From the IMG/VR virus record IMGVR_UViG_2706796644_000001, positions 96,001 through 160,000 of that record: a stretch of DNA of 64,000 nt. The stretch is one strand, 5' to 3'. Of this stretch, positions 38,576 to 48,034 are shown one piece after another. A model generated the notes under the pieces. The model made no database searches. It was given only the letters and a program-made list of their open reading frames with translations, and had not been told where the DNA came from. The translations under genes were made by a program, and so were the position numbers. The first letter of the stretch is position 1; each line of letters starts with the position of its first letter. The DNA is from a virus. Its lineage: Duplodnaviria; Caudoviricetes.

Positions 38576-39954
38576 ACACTGAATTGCTAATTGTAAGCAA
38601 CCTACTTTATACTGAAGATTACTGTCGTAAAGCCATCCCATTTATTGAAGAAGACTATTTCGTAGATAAGAACTGTCGTATTATTTTTCAAGAGATTGAA
38701 AAATATATAAATACATATAACCGTCTTGCCACTAAAGAAGTACTATTCATTGAGTTAGAGAATCGCACCGATCTCACTGATGAAGGGTTTGGCGACATCA
38801 GAAATTGTGTTGACAATATATCTTACGAAGAATCCAATTTGCAATGGTTGTTTGATACTACTGAAAAGTGGTGTCAGGAACGTGCTATTTACTTAGCACT
38901 GATGGCTTCAATTAAGATTGCAGACGGACAAGACAAAGATCGTGACAAAGGTGCTATCCCTCATATTTTAAGTGAGGCATTGGGTGTTTCTTTTGACGCT
39001 CATATCGGTCACGATTACATATCGGATTCCGACGAAAGATATGACTCCTATCACGAAGTTGAAGCGAAAATTCCCTTTGATCTGGAATTTTTCAACAAAA
39101 TTACGAAAGGCGGTGTGCCTAACAAGACTCTTAATGTGGCACTTGCTGGCACTGGCGTGGGTAAATCATTGTTTATGTGTCACTGCGCCGCTGCATCATT
39201 ACTACAAGGCAAGAACGTACTGTATATCACATTGGAAATGGCAGAGGAGAAGATCGCAGAGCGTATTGATGCAAATCTTCTCAACGTCAACATACAGGAT
39301 CTAACATCTCTGCCCAAGGTGATGTTTGATAATAAGATTAACAATCTGTCTAAGAAGACTGAGGGTTCACTTATAATTAAGGAGTACCCAACTACTGCTG
39401 CACATAGTGGACACTTCCGAGCCCTTATTAATGAGCTTGCACTTAAGAAGTCATTTAGACCTGATATTCTTTTCATTGATTACCTTAATATATGTGCTTC
39501 CAGCAGATATAAGCAAGGTGGTACTGTCAATTCATATAGCTATATTAAGTCTGTTGCAGAAGAGCTTAGAGGACTGGCTGTTGAAACAAAAATCCCTATC
39601 TTTTCTGCCACGCAGACCACTCGTTCTGGTTATGGTAGCACTGACGTGGACATTACTGACACTTCAGAGTCCTTTGGTCTCCCTGCTACTGCTGATCTTA
39701 TGTTTGCCCTTATTAGTACTGAGGAACTTGAAGGTATGAATCAGATTATGGTCAAGCAGTTGAAGAATAGATACAATGACGTGAATCTCAACAAGAGATT
39801 CTGCGTGGGTATTGACAGAGCGAAGATGCGGCTGTATGATGTGGAGCAGTCTGCTCAAAACAACATTGTGGACGCTGGTCACGGTAGTGACGAAGAACAG
39901 ATTAACCTGGTTAAGACGTTCAACACAGGTAAACTTTCAAAACTAAATTTCTAA
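38572..39954 (+). CDS. gp41: Replicative helicase
   Basis: AGTGVGKS, YITLEMAEE, IDYLNI, SESFGLPATAD. Confidence 0.97.
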   Translation: MNTELLIVSNLLYTEDYCRKAIPFIEEDYFVDKNCRIIFQEIEKYINTYNRLATKEVLFIELENRTDLTDEGFGDIRNCVDNISYEESNLQWLFDTTEKWCQERAIYLALMASIKIADGQDKDRDKGAIPHILSEALGVSFDAHIGHDYISDSDERYDSYHEVEAKIPFDLEFFNKITKGGVPNKTLNVALAGTGVGKSLFMCHCAAASLLQGKNVLYITLEMAEEKIAERIDANLLNVNIQDLTSLPKVMFDNKINNLSKKTEGSLIIKEYPTTAAHSGHFRALINELALKKSFRPDILFIDYLNICASSRYKQGGTVNSYSYIKSVAEELRGLAVETKIPIFSATQTTRSGYGSTDVDITDTSESFGLPATADLMFALISTEELEGMNQIMVKQLKNRYNDVNLNKRFCVGIDRAKMRLYDVEQSAQNNIVDAGHGSDEEQINLVKTFNTGKLSKLNF

Positions 39955-39956
39955 TT

Positions 39957-40421
39957 ATGTCTAAAGGATTCCAAGCAAAAGTGGAAGTCAAGGAAGAAAA
40001 TATTACTTCAGAAATTCCCAAGGTAGACTATGATAAGTATACCGAGTTTGTAGATGAAGTTACTTCTGATGCAACAAAGTTCAGTGATTCTTTTCTAGAA
40101 CGTTTTAGTTCTCTTGAAGATAACGGTGCTGATGTTCAACGTCTAATGACTGCTGCCATGGGATTGTCTGCAGAAGCAGGTGAGTTTACTGAGATCGTCA
40201 AGAAGATTTTGTTTCAAGGTAAACCCTATGATGCAGATAACATTGACCACATGAAGACCGAACTGGGTGATTGTATGTGGTACATTGCTCAAGCAATGAT
40301 GGCACTTGGATCATCGTTTGATGAGATTGCACTGATGAATGTGAACAAACTGATGGCTCGTTACCCTGGTGGTGAGTTTGAAGTTACTCGTTCAGAAAAC
40401 CGTAAAGAAGGAGACCGATGA
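39957..40421 (+). CDS. mazG: MazG-like nucleoside triphosphate pyrophosphohydrolase
   Basis: GLSAEAGEF.E..KK, ELGD..WY, N..KL..RYP. Confidence 0.92.
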   Translation: MSKGFQAKVEVKEENITSEIPKVDYDKYTEFVDEVTSDATKFSDSFLERFSSLEDNGADVQRLMTAAMGLSAEAGEFTEIVKKILFQGKPYDADNIDHMKTELGDCMWYIAQAMMALGSSFDEIALMNVNKLMARYPGGEFEVTRSENRKEGDR

Positions 40422-41092
40422 AAAACATTATTATGAGTTTGCTAGCAGTAGTAGCAGCGATTGCTATTCCTGTGCAAGCAGAACCAATCACCGAAGAAGA
40501 CTACAACACACCACATGCTATGGGGTGTATGCTCCTTGGTGAATGCACTGATGATGTAGTGAAAGTATACTCTATGCTTGATATCTCAAACAAGTATGCT
40601 AACACTGAAGAATTCACTGGCGTCACTGGTGAGTTCCATAACATCCTACACTCACTCAATCAAGTTGGTGTGAATGTATTCCTTGCTGACGAGAAGTATT
40701 TCCCCAAAGGACATCGTGGGGTATACCATACTGTGAGTAACAACTTCTTCCTTAACAAGAAACACATGGGTCGTCCTGGTACACTGATGATGGTTATGCG
40801 TCATGAAGGATGGCATGCAGCACAAGATTGTATGGCAGGCACGATTGATAATAGTCTGATTGCTATCATCAAACCCGAGGATGAAGTTCCTATGATCTGG
40901 CGTGTGCTGGCAGAACGCACTTACCCTGAGTCTGCTGTACCTTGGGAAGCAGAAGCACAGTGGGCAGGTCGTACCGAAAACATGACAATGAATGCTCTCG
41001 CAGCATGTGCTGGTGGTAAAATGTGGGAGGTTTACGAACCTACTGCTCTTACTAGAAAGTATCTGGTAGACTTCGGATATATTAAAGAGTAA
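40418..41092 (+). CDS. Exported HEXXH zinc-metallopeptidase-like protein
   Basis: Signal peptide, RHEGWHAAQDC, downstream WEAEA. Confidence 0.65.
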   Translation: MKNIIMSLLAVVAAIAIPVQAEPITEEDYNTPHAMGCMLLGECTDDVVKVYSMLDISNKYANTEEFTGVTGEFHNILHSLNQVGVNVFLADEKYFPKGHRGVYHTVSNNFFLNKKHMGRPGTLMMVMRHEGWHAAQDCMAGTIDNSLIAIIKPEDEVPMIWRVLAERTYPESAVPWEAEAQWAGRTENMTMNALAACAGGKMWEVYEPTALTRKYLVDFGYIKE

Positions 41093-41292
41093 TGTTTAGT
41101 CTCTGGATCCACCTACGAGCATTCTTTACTGTTGTAGTGGTGAGTTGTTCTCATCCTGTCAACTGGAAGCATTGCTATCGGGTGGACCAGTGGTTACTAC
41201 CAGAGATAGTGCAGGGTTATAAACTGTGGACTGGAGAAGAGAAACCATATCAGATTGAGAAAGACTATATTGATAGTGCCAAGGCTAAATAA
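41092..41292 (+). CDS. Hypothetical protein
   Basis: Coupled ORF. Confidence 0.55.
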   Translation: MFSLWIHLRAFFTVVVVSCSHPVNWKHCYRVDQWLLPEIVQGYKLWTGEEKPYQIEKDYIDSAKAK

Positions 41293-41314
41293 TAATGGCG
41301 CTATAGAAAGATGA

Positions 41315-42712
41315 ATGGCAACCTCTTACAACTTAAATGACAAGGCGGGTATAAAGAAGAAAGCACCTAAAGATTTAAAACCCACCATCACTGCAATGCT
41401 GGCTTCTCTTCCTAGAGGTAAAATGGGAATCTATGCAGACGCTATGTGGACTGGATCTAAAAGTAAGCAATGGGGTTTCAAAGTAAATCAAGATGAGATG
41501 GAAGCAATCGCTCTCAACTTTGGAGAGAAGATAGGTCCAAAAGGATTCGTAACAGAAGCGGCAGGATATAGACTAAAATTTATTGCATCTGCTAAGAAGT
41601 CTGCAGGTAGTGGTGCGGCAGATGCAAAGACAACTAGAATGCAGGAGTTAGGATCTGCCTGGATTTTTAGAAGAGCACTTCAGGATAATGTAAAGTATTC
41701 TAAGTGGCAGGACATCATGCAGGATCCAAAGTATTCTGAGTTGGAAGCAATATATCCTGGTATCAGTGACGAGTGGATTCAAGGATACTATGCTCAACAA
41801 AAGAAGATGTTGGAGGTATACTCATCATCTAAGTTTGATGAATTCAATAGGGAAGGTGGATTCATGGGTTACATTAGTAACCTAATCAAAGAAAAATTTG
41901 GTATATCACAGAAAGATAATTGGAACCCTGCAGACATCTGGTTGATTCAGAATGAACGATCAGTCAAAGCACTTATTGAAGAGACTGTAGATGGTAATGG
42001 TTCTCAAACTATTCTAGAATTGAATGCCGTTCTTAGGAAGTTGTTTAATGAGGAGAAGGTTGTTGGTGTATCTCTCAAAAAGATTAGTGGTAAGACTGCA
42101 AAGTGGCAGAAGTATAATGTAGATGATCTTGGTCTTACTGACACATATAACTATGAAACTAAAGAGTTTCAGTGTGATCTTTCTTTGAAGGGTGAAGGGG
42201 AGTTTCAATCTCTTGCTGTTCGTGCAATCGTAGAGGGCAATAACGCTGTTTATAATTTCCAGATTCAGGGCAATGATACTAGTAAGGTATCAAACCTGAA
42301 GTTTGAACCTACAGAGAAGGGTGCATCATCTGCCCGTATGGGTAAGGCACCAGTTGCTATGGTTGGGATGCTATTGAAAGATGCTAAGGTTGATTTTGAA
42401 AATGATCATAAAAAGTATCCCAAAACCTCAGCAGAGTTTAGTAAAGAGTTTGATGACTATAAAAAAATATACAACAAACTGAAGAGTAAGGGTGTTGAGA
42501 TGGGAGAAAGTAATGCTGATACTGCACTGGGTAATATAAGTGCAGTTTTCCTGACTAAACCTCACGCTGCAACTAGTAAACTGATGGGCATGAAGTTTAT
42601 TCACGCTGTGGTAACAATGCCAAAGAAGAAAAAAGATGAGTTTATGACTGATATGGTATTCATCGCTGCCAAGAAGGGCAAACGCTTTGGACCGTTCGGC
42701 AAACTGTATTGA
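41315..42712 (+). CDS. Hypothetical protein, possible PD-(D/E)xK nuclease fold
   Basis: MQELG, WNPADIWL, VGVSLKK; late box at 41285. Confidence 0.55.
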   Translation: MATSYNLNDKAGIKKKAPKDLKPTITAMLASLPRGKMGIYADAMWTGSKSKQWGFKVNQDEMEAIALNFGEKIGPKGFVTEAAGYRLKFIASAKKSAGSGAADAKTTRMQELGSAWIFRRALQDNVKYSKWQDIMQDPKYSELEAIYPGISDEWIQGYYAQQKKMLEVYSSSKFDEFNREGGFMGYISNLIKEKFGISQKDNWNPADIWLIQNERSVKALIEETVDGNGSQTILELNAVLRKLFNEEKVVGVSLKKISGKTAKWQKYNVDDLGLTDTYNYETKEFQCDLSLKGEGEFQSLAVRAIVEGNNAVYNFQIQGNDTSKVSNLKFEPTEKGASSARMGKAPVAMVGMLLKDAKVDFENDHKKYPKTSAEFSKEFDDYKKIYNKLKSKGVEMGESNADTALGNISAVFLTKPHAATSKLMGMKFIHAVVTMPKKKKDEFMTDMVFIAAKKGKRFGPFGKLY

Positions 42713-42780
42713 AAGTGGCACAAGCCCCCTGTCACAGGGGGTTTCCCGTGCTATACTATAAGGGTAAAGATGAGAGTTCT

Positions 42781-43722
42781 ATGCCCAACAAACACCTAGA
42801 GCATCCAGAAGACAACATCCTCAACGGGGTGAACCCTTATGATGTCTTGGATTCTATGGTGAATTTTGATAAGGTCACTACTAAGTGGGACGGTGCTCCT
42901 GCCATTGTGTTTGGATACAATGAAGGTAAGTGGTTTGTTGGCACTAAGAGTGTATTCAATAAGAAGAAAGTCCTAATCAATTATAGTGTTTCTGATATTG
43001 TCAAGAACCACACAGGTAACGTTGCTCAGATACTAACTGCATGTTTCTATGCACTTCCTCGTACATGCCGTGGAATTTATCAAGCAGACTTCATTGGGTT
43101 TGGTGGAAACCTTTACTACAAACCTAATACAGTACTGTATCTCTTCCCAGAGATTATGAATCAGGATGTAATTGTTGCTCCTCATACTCTGTACAAAGAG
43201 ATATCTCCAACAGCACAACAGTATCCTCTTGATCATGTGGTTGTTCCTGGAACACCTATCCATAACAATAAGTATCGCTTCCTAAGACACAAAGCATCGT
43301 TGGTAGTTCCTAAGCGTGCTCGTCTATTGTCTCAGGCAGCAAAACTTCTGATTCCTTTCTGTAAATTTCCTAAGGGCGATACTTCTACTAGTGCTACTTG
43401 TTCCATGCACATCAAGAAGCATGTCAACAAATTTGTTCGTGCTGGTTATATTCCTAGTGCCTCAGAATTGTACAATACTTTGGACGATAAATATAAGCAG
43501 GAAGTTAATACCATGACTTTCCGTTTATATCATATTATCCTGAAATTAAAAGATATCCTGCTCTCCTGTGGCGTAGCAGATGAGCCCGTAGAATGTTACA
43601 TTGAAGGTCAACCAATCAATCATGAGGGGTTTGTTCTTACTGGTAAGCACTCTGTGAAATTGGTCAATCGTTTGGAATTCAGTCAGGCAAACTTTAACTC
43701 AAATAAGAATTGGAATAAATGA
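42781..43722 (+). CDS. Conserved phage protein with ligase-type nucleotidyltransferase motifs
   Basis: KWDG, YQADF, HEGFV, VKLV; promoter CTGTCA - 17 nt - TATACT at 42729-42757. Confidence 0.55.
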   Translation: MPNKHLEHPEDNILNGVNPYDVLDSMVNFDKVTTKWDGAPAIVFGYNEGKWFVGTKSVFNKKKVLINYSVSDIVKNHTGNVAQILTACFYALPRTCRGIYQADFIGFGGNLYYKPNTVLYLFPEIMNQDVIVAPHTLYKEISPTAQQYPLDHVVVPGTPIHNNKYRFLRHKASLVVPKRARLLSQAAKLLIPFCKFPKGDTSTSATCSMHIKKHVNKFVRAGYIPSASELYNTLDDKYKQEVNTMTFRLYHIILKLKDILLSCGVADEPVECYIEGQPINHEGFVLTGKHSVKLVNRLEFSQANFNSNKNWNK

Positions 43723-44888
43723 AAAAGTTTAGCGACTTCTTATCCGAAGCAGCAAAGTCACGAGCGTCGGATGAAGCACAAAAGAGAGGACTAGAGCATG
43801 TTGGTTATGGTTACTACGGTCTTGCCGATGGTACTGTAACTCACCGATCTCTTAACGGTAAGTTGGTAGAACTTTCTAAGGATCAGCAGGCAGCTAAGAA
43901 TGGGCAACCACCAGCACAAGAATCAGAACCCCAGTCTACAGAAGGCGAAGGTGAGGGCGGAAAAGGTGCGGTGTCTATTACTTTTGGAAGATTCAATCCA
44001 CCTACTATCGGTCATCAAAAACTCATTGATCGTGTAGCACAATCTGCTAAGGGTGGTGAGTATAAAGTATATCCATCAAGGTCTCAAGATCCTAAAAAGA
44101 ATCCTATTGATCCTGAGACTAAGGTGCATTACATGCGTCAGATGTATCCTGATCATGCCCATGCCATCACTAATAATGAAGAGTATAAGACTATCTTTGA
44201 TGTGCTAAAAGGTTTATATAGTGAAGGATATAGTGAAGTTAATATTGTAGTTGGTGGTGATCGTGTTGCTGAGTTTGATAACCTTGCCAATAAATATAAT
44301 GGTAAACTGTATGAGTTTGAAGAGATCAATGTAGTATCTGCTGGTGATAGAGATCCAGATTCTGATGGTGTAGATGGTATGTCTGCATCTAAGATGCGTA
44401 AAGCAGCAGCAGACAATGACTTTGCTACTTTCCGTTCTGGTATTCCTGAAGAACTAACTGATAAAGAAACAAAAGAACTCTTTAATGAAGTTAGATCTTC
44501 CATGCAAATGGAATCCTTTGAGGATTTTGCAGATGCATCTTATGTTTTACATGAGATTGCACCTAAATTAGATGAGAAATCTCTCAGAGAACACTACTAT
44601 AATAGTAATGCTTTCCCCGTAGGATCATTCATTGAGAATGTAAATACAGGAATTATCGGTAAGGTTGTAAACCGTGGTGCTAATTATGTCATATATATTG
44701 ATGAGCATGATACTGTCTATAGAGGATGGTTGAAAGATCTCACCGAGAAAAATGATATTCATGGGTTTGATTTTACTCCTCAAGGACTAATAGGAACAAG
44801 TGAACTATCTCAGTCAGTTGTCAAAATGACACCTGGACAATTCATACAAAAGATAAATAAAAGAAATAAGGTCGCTGCCAAGACATGA
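43719..44888 (+). CDS. Cytidyltransferase-family (HIGH Rossmann) nucleotidyltransferase
   Basis: TFGRFNPPTIGH, VVGGDR, GMSASKMR. Confidence 0.88.
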   Translation: MKKFSDFLSEAAKSRASDEAQKRGLEHVGYGYYGLADGTVTHRSLNGKLVELSKDQQAAKNGQPPAQESEPQSTEGEGEGGKGAVSITFGRFNPPTIGHQKLIDRVAQSAKGGEYKVYPSRSQDPKKNPIDPETKVHYMRQMYPDHAHAITNNEEYKTIFDVLKGLYSEGYSEVNIVVGGDRVAEFDNLANKYNGKLYEFEEINVVSAGDRDPDSDGVDGMSASKMRKAAADNDFATFRSGIPEELTDKETKELFNEVRSSMQMESFEDFADASYVLHEIAPKLDEKSLREHYYNSNAFPVGSFIENVNTGIIGKVVNRGANYVIYIDEHDTVYRGWLKDLTEKNDIHGFDFTPQGLIGTSELSQSVVKMTPGQFIQKINKRNKVAAKT

Positions 44889-46675
44889 ACCTCAACGAAC
44901 TACCAGACATGACCGACGCCTTACGGCAGGTCTATGAAAAGAAAAACAATGATGGCAATCTTGCCAATAATGCTGTCCCTTATGACAAGGTAACTAAAGC
45001 TGATATCATCACAGGTGCCAAAGGCAAGGATGAGCAAGGCGGAAAAAAGAAACCTAAGGGTCATGACTGCGCCAAACAGGTAAAGTATGAAGGTAAGGAG
45101 TACTCAGTTATTCCCGAAGCACATACTCTCTTGGAAGATGGTACTGTAACTCATTACGATATTGAAGATGAGGAGTACATCTATGAGAACGTTCCTGTTG
45201 AAGATCTTGAGATTCTGATTTCTGAGAAGCACGAGCACTTCGCCAACTATGATAAGAACGCTGAGGTTCTTGGTGAAGCAATCACCAGTGAAAAGGGTAA
45301 AGCAAAACTGAAATCTATGCTTGATGCTCGCACCACTGCTGCTGGTAGAGCAAAATCAGGTAAAGGTCAAAACGTTAAAGATATTCAGCATATTGGTCGT
45401 GCTAATGTTGATGGTCTCGGAGGAACACCACCTAACCGAAAAACTGCTAAAAATCCAATTAAGTCTAGGCATTATGGTGGAACTGGAAACAAAGCAGCAA
45501 AAAGAGCAGACGCCTTAACCAAGAAAGAAGAGGTTGAATTTGATGAGGCAATGTCATCTTACGATAAGAATCGTAAGAGAGCAGCACAAAGAGCAGCAGA
45601 CAGAAACGCAGCAAGAGCAGCAGGTAAAACTGGTGTAGTCCCTGGTGTGGGTTATGTAACTGCTAGAAAAGAGAAAGAAACATACACTGACGAGAAAGGA
45701 ACTGTCCGTCATAAGTCTGGTGCTAAGAACGAAGCATTTGCATTCTCAGAAGCAGACTTTGCTGAGTTGGAAACTCTTGGAGCAGAGATTGATGCACTGA
45801 CTGATGAGCAACTCATTGATGTCATGGAAGAAATCATTCTTGAGATGGCACAAGATGATCAAGACTTGATTGAAATCTGTGAGCATCTTGAGACTGTTGA
45901 AGTCTTGGACGAAAGAATGGATCCTAAGGAGATCCAACGTCGTAGAGATCAGGCAAAGGATAGACTATCCACTGGTGCATCCATGAAGAAGGCAGCAGCA
46001 AAATCTGATTCTGCTCCTGCTTCTGCTGGTCCTTCCCGTATGGATCGTCTGAAGAGTGCTGCTAAGAAAGCAGGTAGTGCTATTAAATCTGGTGCTAAGA
46101 AGGTTGGTAAGAAGGCAGTACAGACTGCTGGTAAAGTTGCTGGTGAATTCTCTGCATCCAAAGAGAAGCAGAAGTCTGCATCAATGGAGAGAGAACCTAA
46201 GGAACCAAAAGAAGCACCTAAGAAATCATCTGGTGTAACAAGATCTACAGTACCTTCTAGTAGTGCTGGCGGTGGCGGATCATCGTCTGGTGGCGGGAGT
46301 AGTGAGAGTGGTAGCACACGTAAGGCCGTTGGTGGTGCGTTGAGAAAAGTTGGTTCACTTCTTAAGAAGGGAGTCAAGAAGGCAGTTGGTAAGACATCAC
46401 GTCTGGTATCCAAGGGTAGCGATAAACTCGCCAAGCGTCTCGGTGAAGAGTATGATGAGATTGCAAGTCTCTATGAGTCTGGACTGTTTACTATTGAAGA
46501 GATTGAGAACATCGTAGAGGAGAAGAAGCCTTTGCCTAAGAACAAAATGTTCCGTAAGGCAGGTAACCTAGGTCGTGAAGTTGTAAGTCCTTCTGTGACT
46601 GATGACCAGCGTCAAAAAGCATATGATCGTTCTAAGAAGATCGTTAAGACCTTGAACAAGGAGAACCAAAAGTGA
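44885..46675 (+). CDS. Modular acidic/basic protein, probable internal head protein
   Basis: Late box at 44852; alternating acidic spacers and Lys/Arg-rich blocks. Confidence 0.65.
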   Translation: MNLNELPDMTDALRQVYEKKNNDGNLANNAVPYDKVTKADIITGAKGKDEQGGKKKPKGHDCAKQVKYEGKEYSVIPEAHTLLEDGTVTHYDIEDEEYIYENVPVEDLEILISEKHEHFANYDKNAEVLGEAITSEKGKAKLKSMLDARTTAAGRAKSGKGQNVKDIQHIGRANVDGLGGTPPNRKTAKNPIKSRHYGGTGNKAAKRADALTKKEEVEFDEAMSSYDKNRKRAAQRAADRNAARAAGKTGVVPGVGYVTARKEKETYTDEKGTVRHKSGAKNEAFAFSEADFAELETLGAEIDALTDEQLIDVMEEIILEMAQDDQDLIEICEHLETVEVLDERMDPKEIQRRRDQAKDRLSTGASMKKAAAKSDSAPASAGPSRMDRLKSAAKKAGSAIKSGAKKVGKKAVQTAGKVAGEFSASKEKQKSASMEREPKEPKEAPKKSSGVTRSTVPSSSAGGGGSSSGGGSSESGSTRKAVGGALRKVGSLLKKGVKKAVGKTSRLVSKGSDKLAKRLGEEYDEIASLYESGLFTIEEIENIVEEKKPLPKNKMFRKAGNLGREVVSPSVTDDQRQKAYDRSKKIVKTLNKENQK

Positions 46676-47736
46676 TGCTAAACTTTAATGCATACTTGGA
46701 GGAAAAGAAATCCAAGATTAAGCTCAACCCTAAGAAGGATGATCTTATGGAAAAGTGCTGCGATAAGACAGGTGAAGCAGAGTGTAAATGTGAAGACAAG
46801 ACACCTGCACAAAAATCAGTTGCAGGTAAAGGTAAAATGTGTCCTAAGTGCGAAGGCAAAGGATGCAAGCATTGTGGTGGCACAGGCTACCATGATGAAG
46901 ATGGCGAAGGTGCCGACATGAGCGAAGCGAAAAAGAAAGACGATTCTTATCTGGAGGTGGACCCCAAGAAGCGTCAAAAGAATAATGAGAAAGCTCGTAA
47001 AGAGATGGACAAAGTTCCATCCCAAAAAAATCCTCACTTTGAATCTACAGGAGACCAAGCGTATGGCAGTCAAGAAGAAGTTTCAGAAGAAAGCACAGAA
47101 GAAGTCGCAGAAACTGAAAACACACTCTTGACATTTGCCGAACTCTATAAGGGTAAGCACGGTCAGTCTGAGAAAGAGTATCAAGACGGTCGCTCACAGG
47201 GCGGCAAGATGGTCTCTGGTGACTCTAAAGGTAGCGGTGCAAAATACTCTCATGGTAGAAGAGTTGACGACGGTGGTGCTGGTCCACAACCTGCTGGTGG
47301 TTCTAAGAAACCAAAGGCACAAGGTAGAATGGACAAAGGTGGTCGTGCCGAACTGCAAATGCGTAAGGCAAACCTGAAAGCAAAGAATGAATCAATGGAT
47401 TACCTTAAGGATAATCTTGTTGATGCTGCGTTTGAACTCTATGAGCGTACACGTTATGCTAAAGAGACTGGTAAGGATCCTCAGACTGGTAAACCATCCG
47501 AGAAGGGTGGTACTATCAAACCTGGATCTGCTATGTCAAAGGTTCGTAAGAGTCTTGCTGGTCAGGGTTTGATGTCTTCCAGAAAGAAAGCGATTCAACC
47601 TCAGGGTAAGAAGAAAGAAAAGGGCAAGAAAGGTTATGAAGGTCCAACACCCGTTGATAAGATCAAGGGTAATCTTTCACGCAAGAGAGCACCTAAACCT
47701 AATCCTTACAAAGCAAGACCTGGCGAATCGGATTGA
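46672..47736 (+). CDS. Lys/Gly-rich modular protein with CxxCxGxG repeats, probable internal head protein
   Basis: MLNFNAYLEE leader, CPKCEGKGCKHCGGTG, basic modules. Confidence 0.65.
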   Translation: MMLNFNAYLEEKKSKIKLNPKKDDLMEKCCDKTGEAECKCEDKTPAQKSVAGKGKMCPKCEGKGCKHCGGTGYHDEDGEGADMSEAKKKDDSYLEVDPKKRQKNNEKARKEMDKVPSQKNPHFESTGDQAYGSQEEVSEESTEEVAETENTLLTFAELYKGKHGQSEKEYQDGRSQGGKMVSGDSKGSGAKYSHGRRVDDGGAGPQPAGGSKKPKAQGRMDKGGRAELQMRKANLKAKNESMDYLKDNLVDAAFELYERTRYAKETGKDPQTGKPSEKGGTIKPGSAMSKVRKSLAGQGLMSSRKKAIQPQGKKKEKGKKGYEGPTPVDKIKGNLSRKRAPKPNPYKARPGESD

Positions 47737-47770
47737 GCCTATATAGGAGGGCCACCTTATAACTAAAATT

Positions 47771-47968
47771 ATGGTATCCTTCCTACTTCCCCTTGCTTAC
47801 AAAATCGTAGACGCTGCAGTTGCAAAAATTCCTGACGATGCAGAATTGGGTGAGAAACTTGTTGAGTTGTGTCTTTTGATTGTAGGTAAAGCAGTAAAAC
47901 TTACTAAGACTACTGCAGATGATGAACTGTTTGCTAGAGTTAAAGAAGCACTAGCAGTAAGAGAATAA
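47771..47968 (+). CDS. Small amphipathic hypothetical protein
   Basis: ORF followed by a terminator. Confidence 0.65.
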   Translation: MVSFLLPLAYKIVDAAVAKIPDDAELGEKLVELCLLIVGKAVKLTKTTADDELFARVKEALAVRE

Positions 47969-47969
47969 T

Positions 47970-47998
47970 AAACATGACCCCTTAGGGGGTCTGTTTTT
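47970..47998 (+). terminator. Intrinsic terminator
   Basis: GACCCC-TTAG-GGGGTC-TGTTTTT, directly followed by the late box TATAAATA. Confidence 0.8.
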
Positions 47999-48034
47999 AT
48001 AAATAAATATATCGGAATTAATACGGAGTAACCC

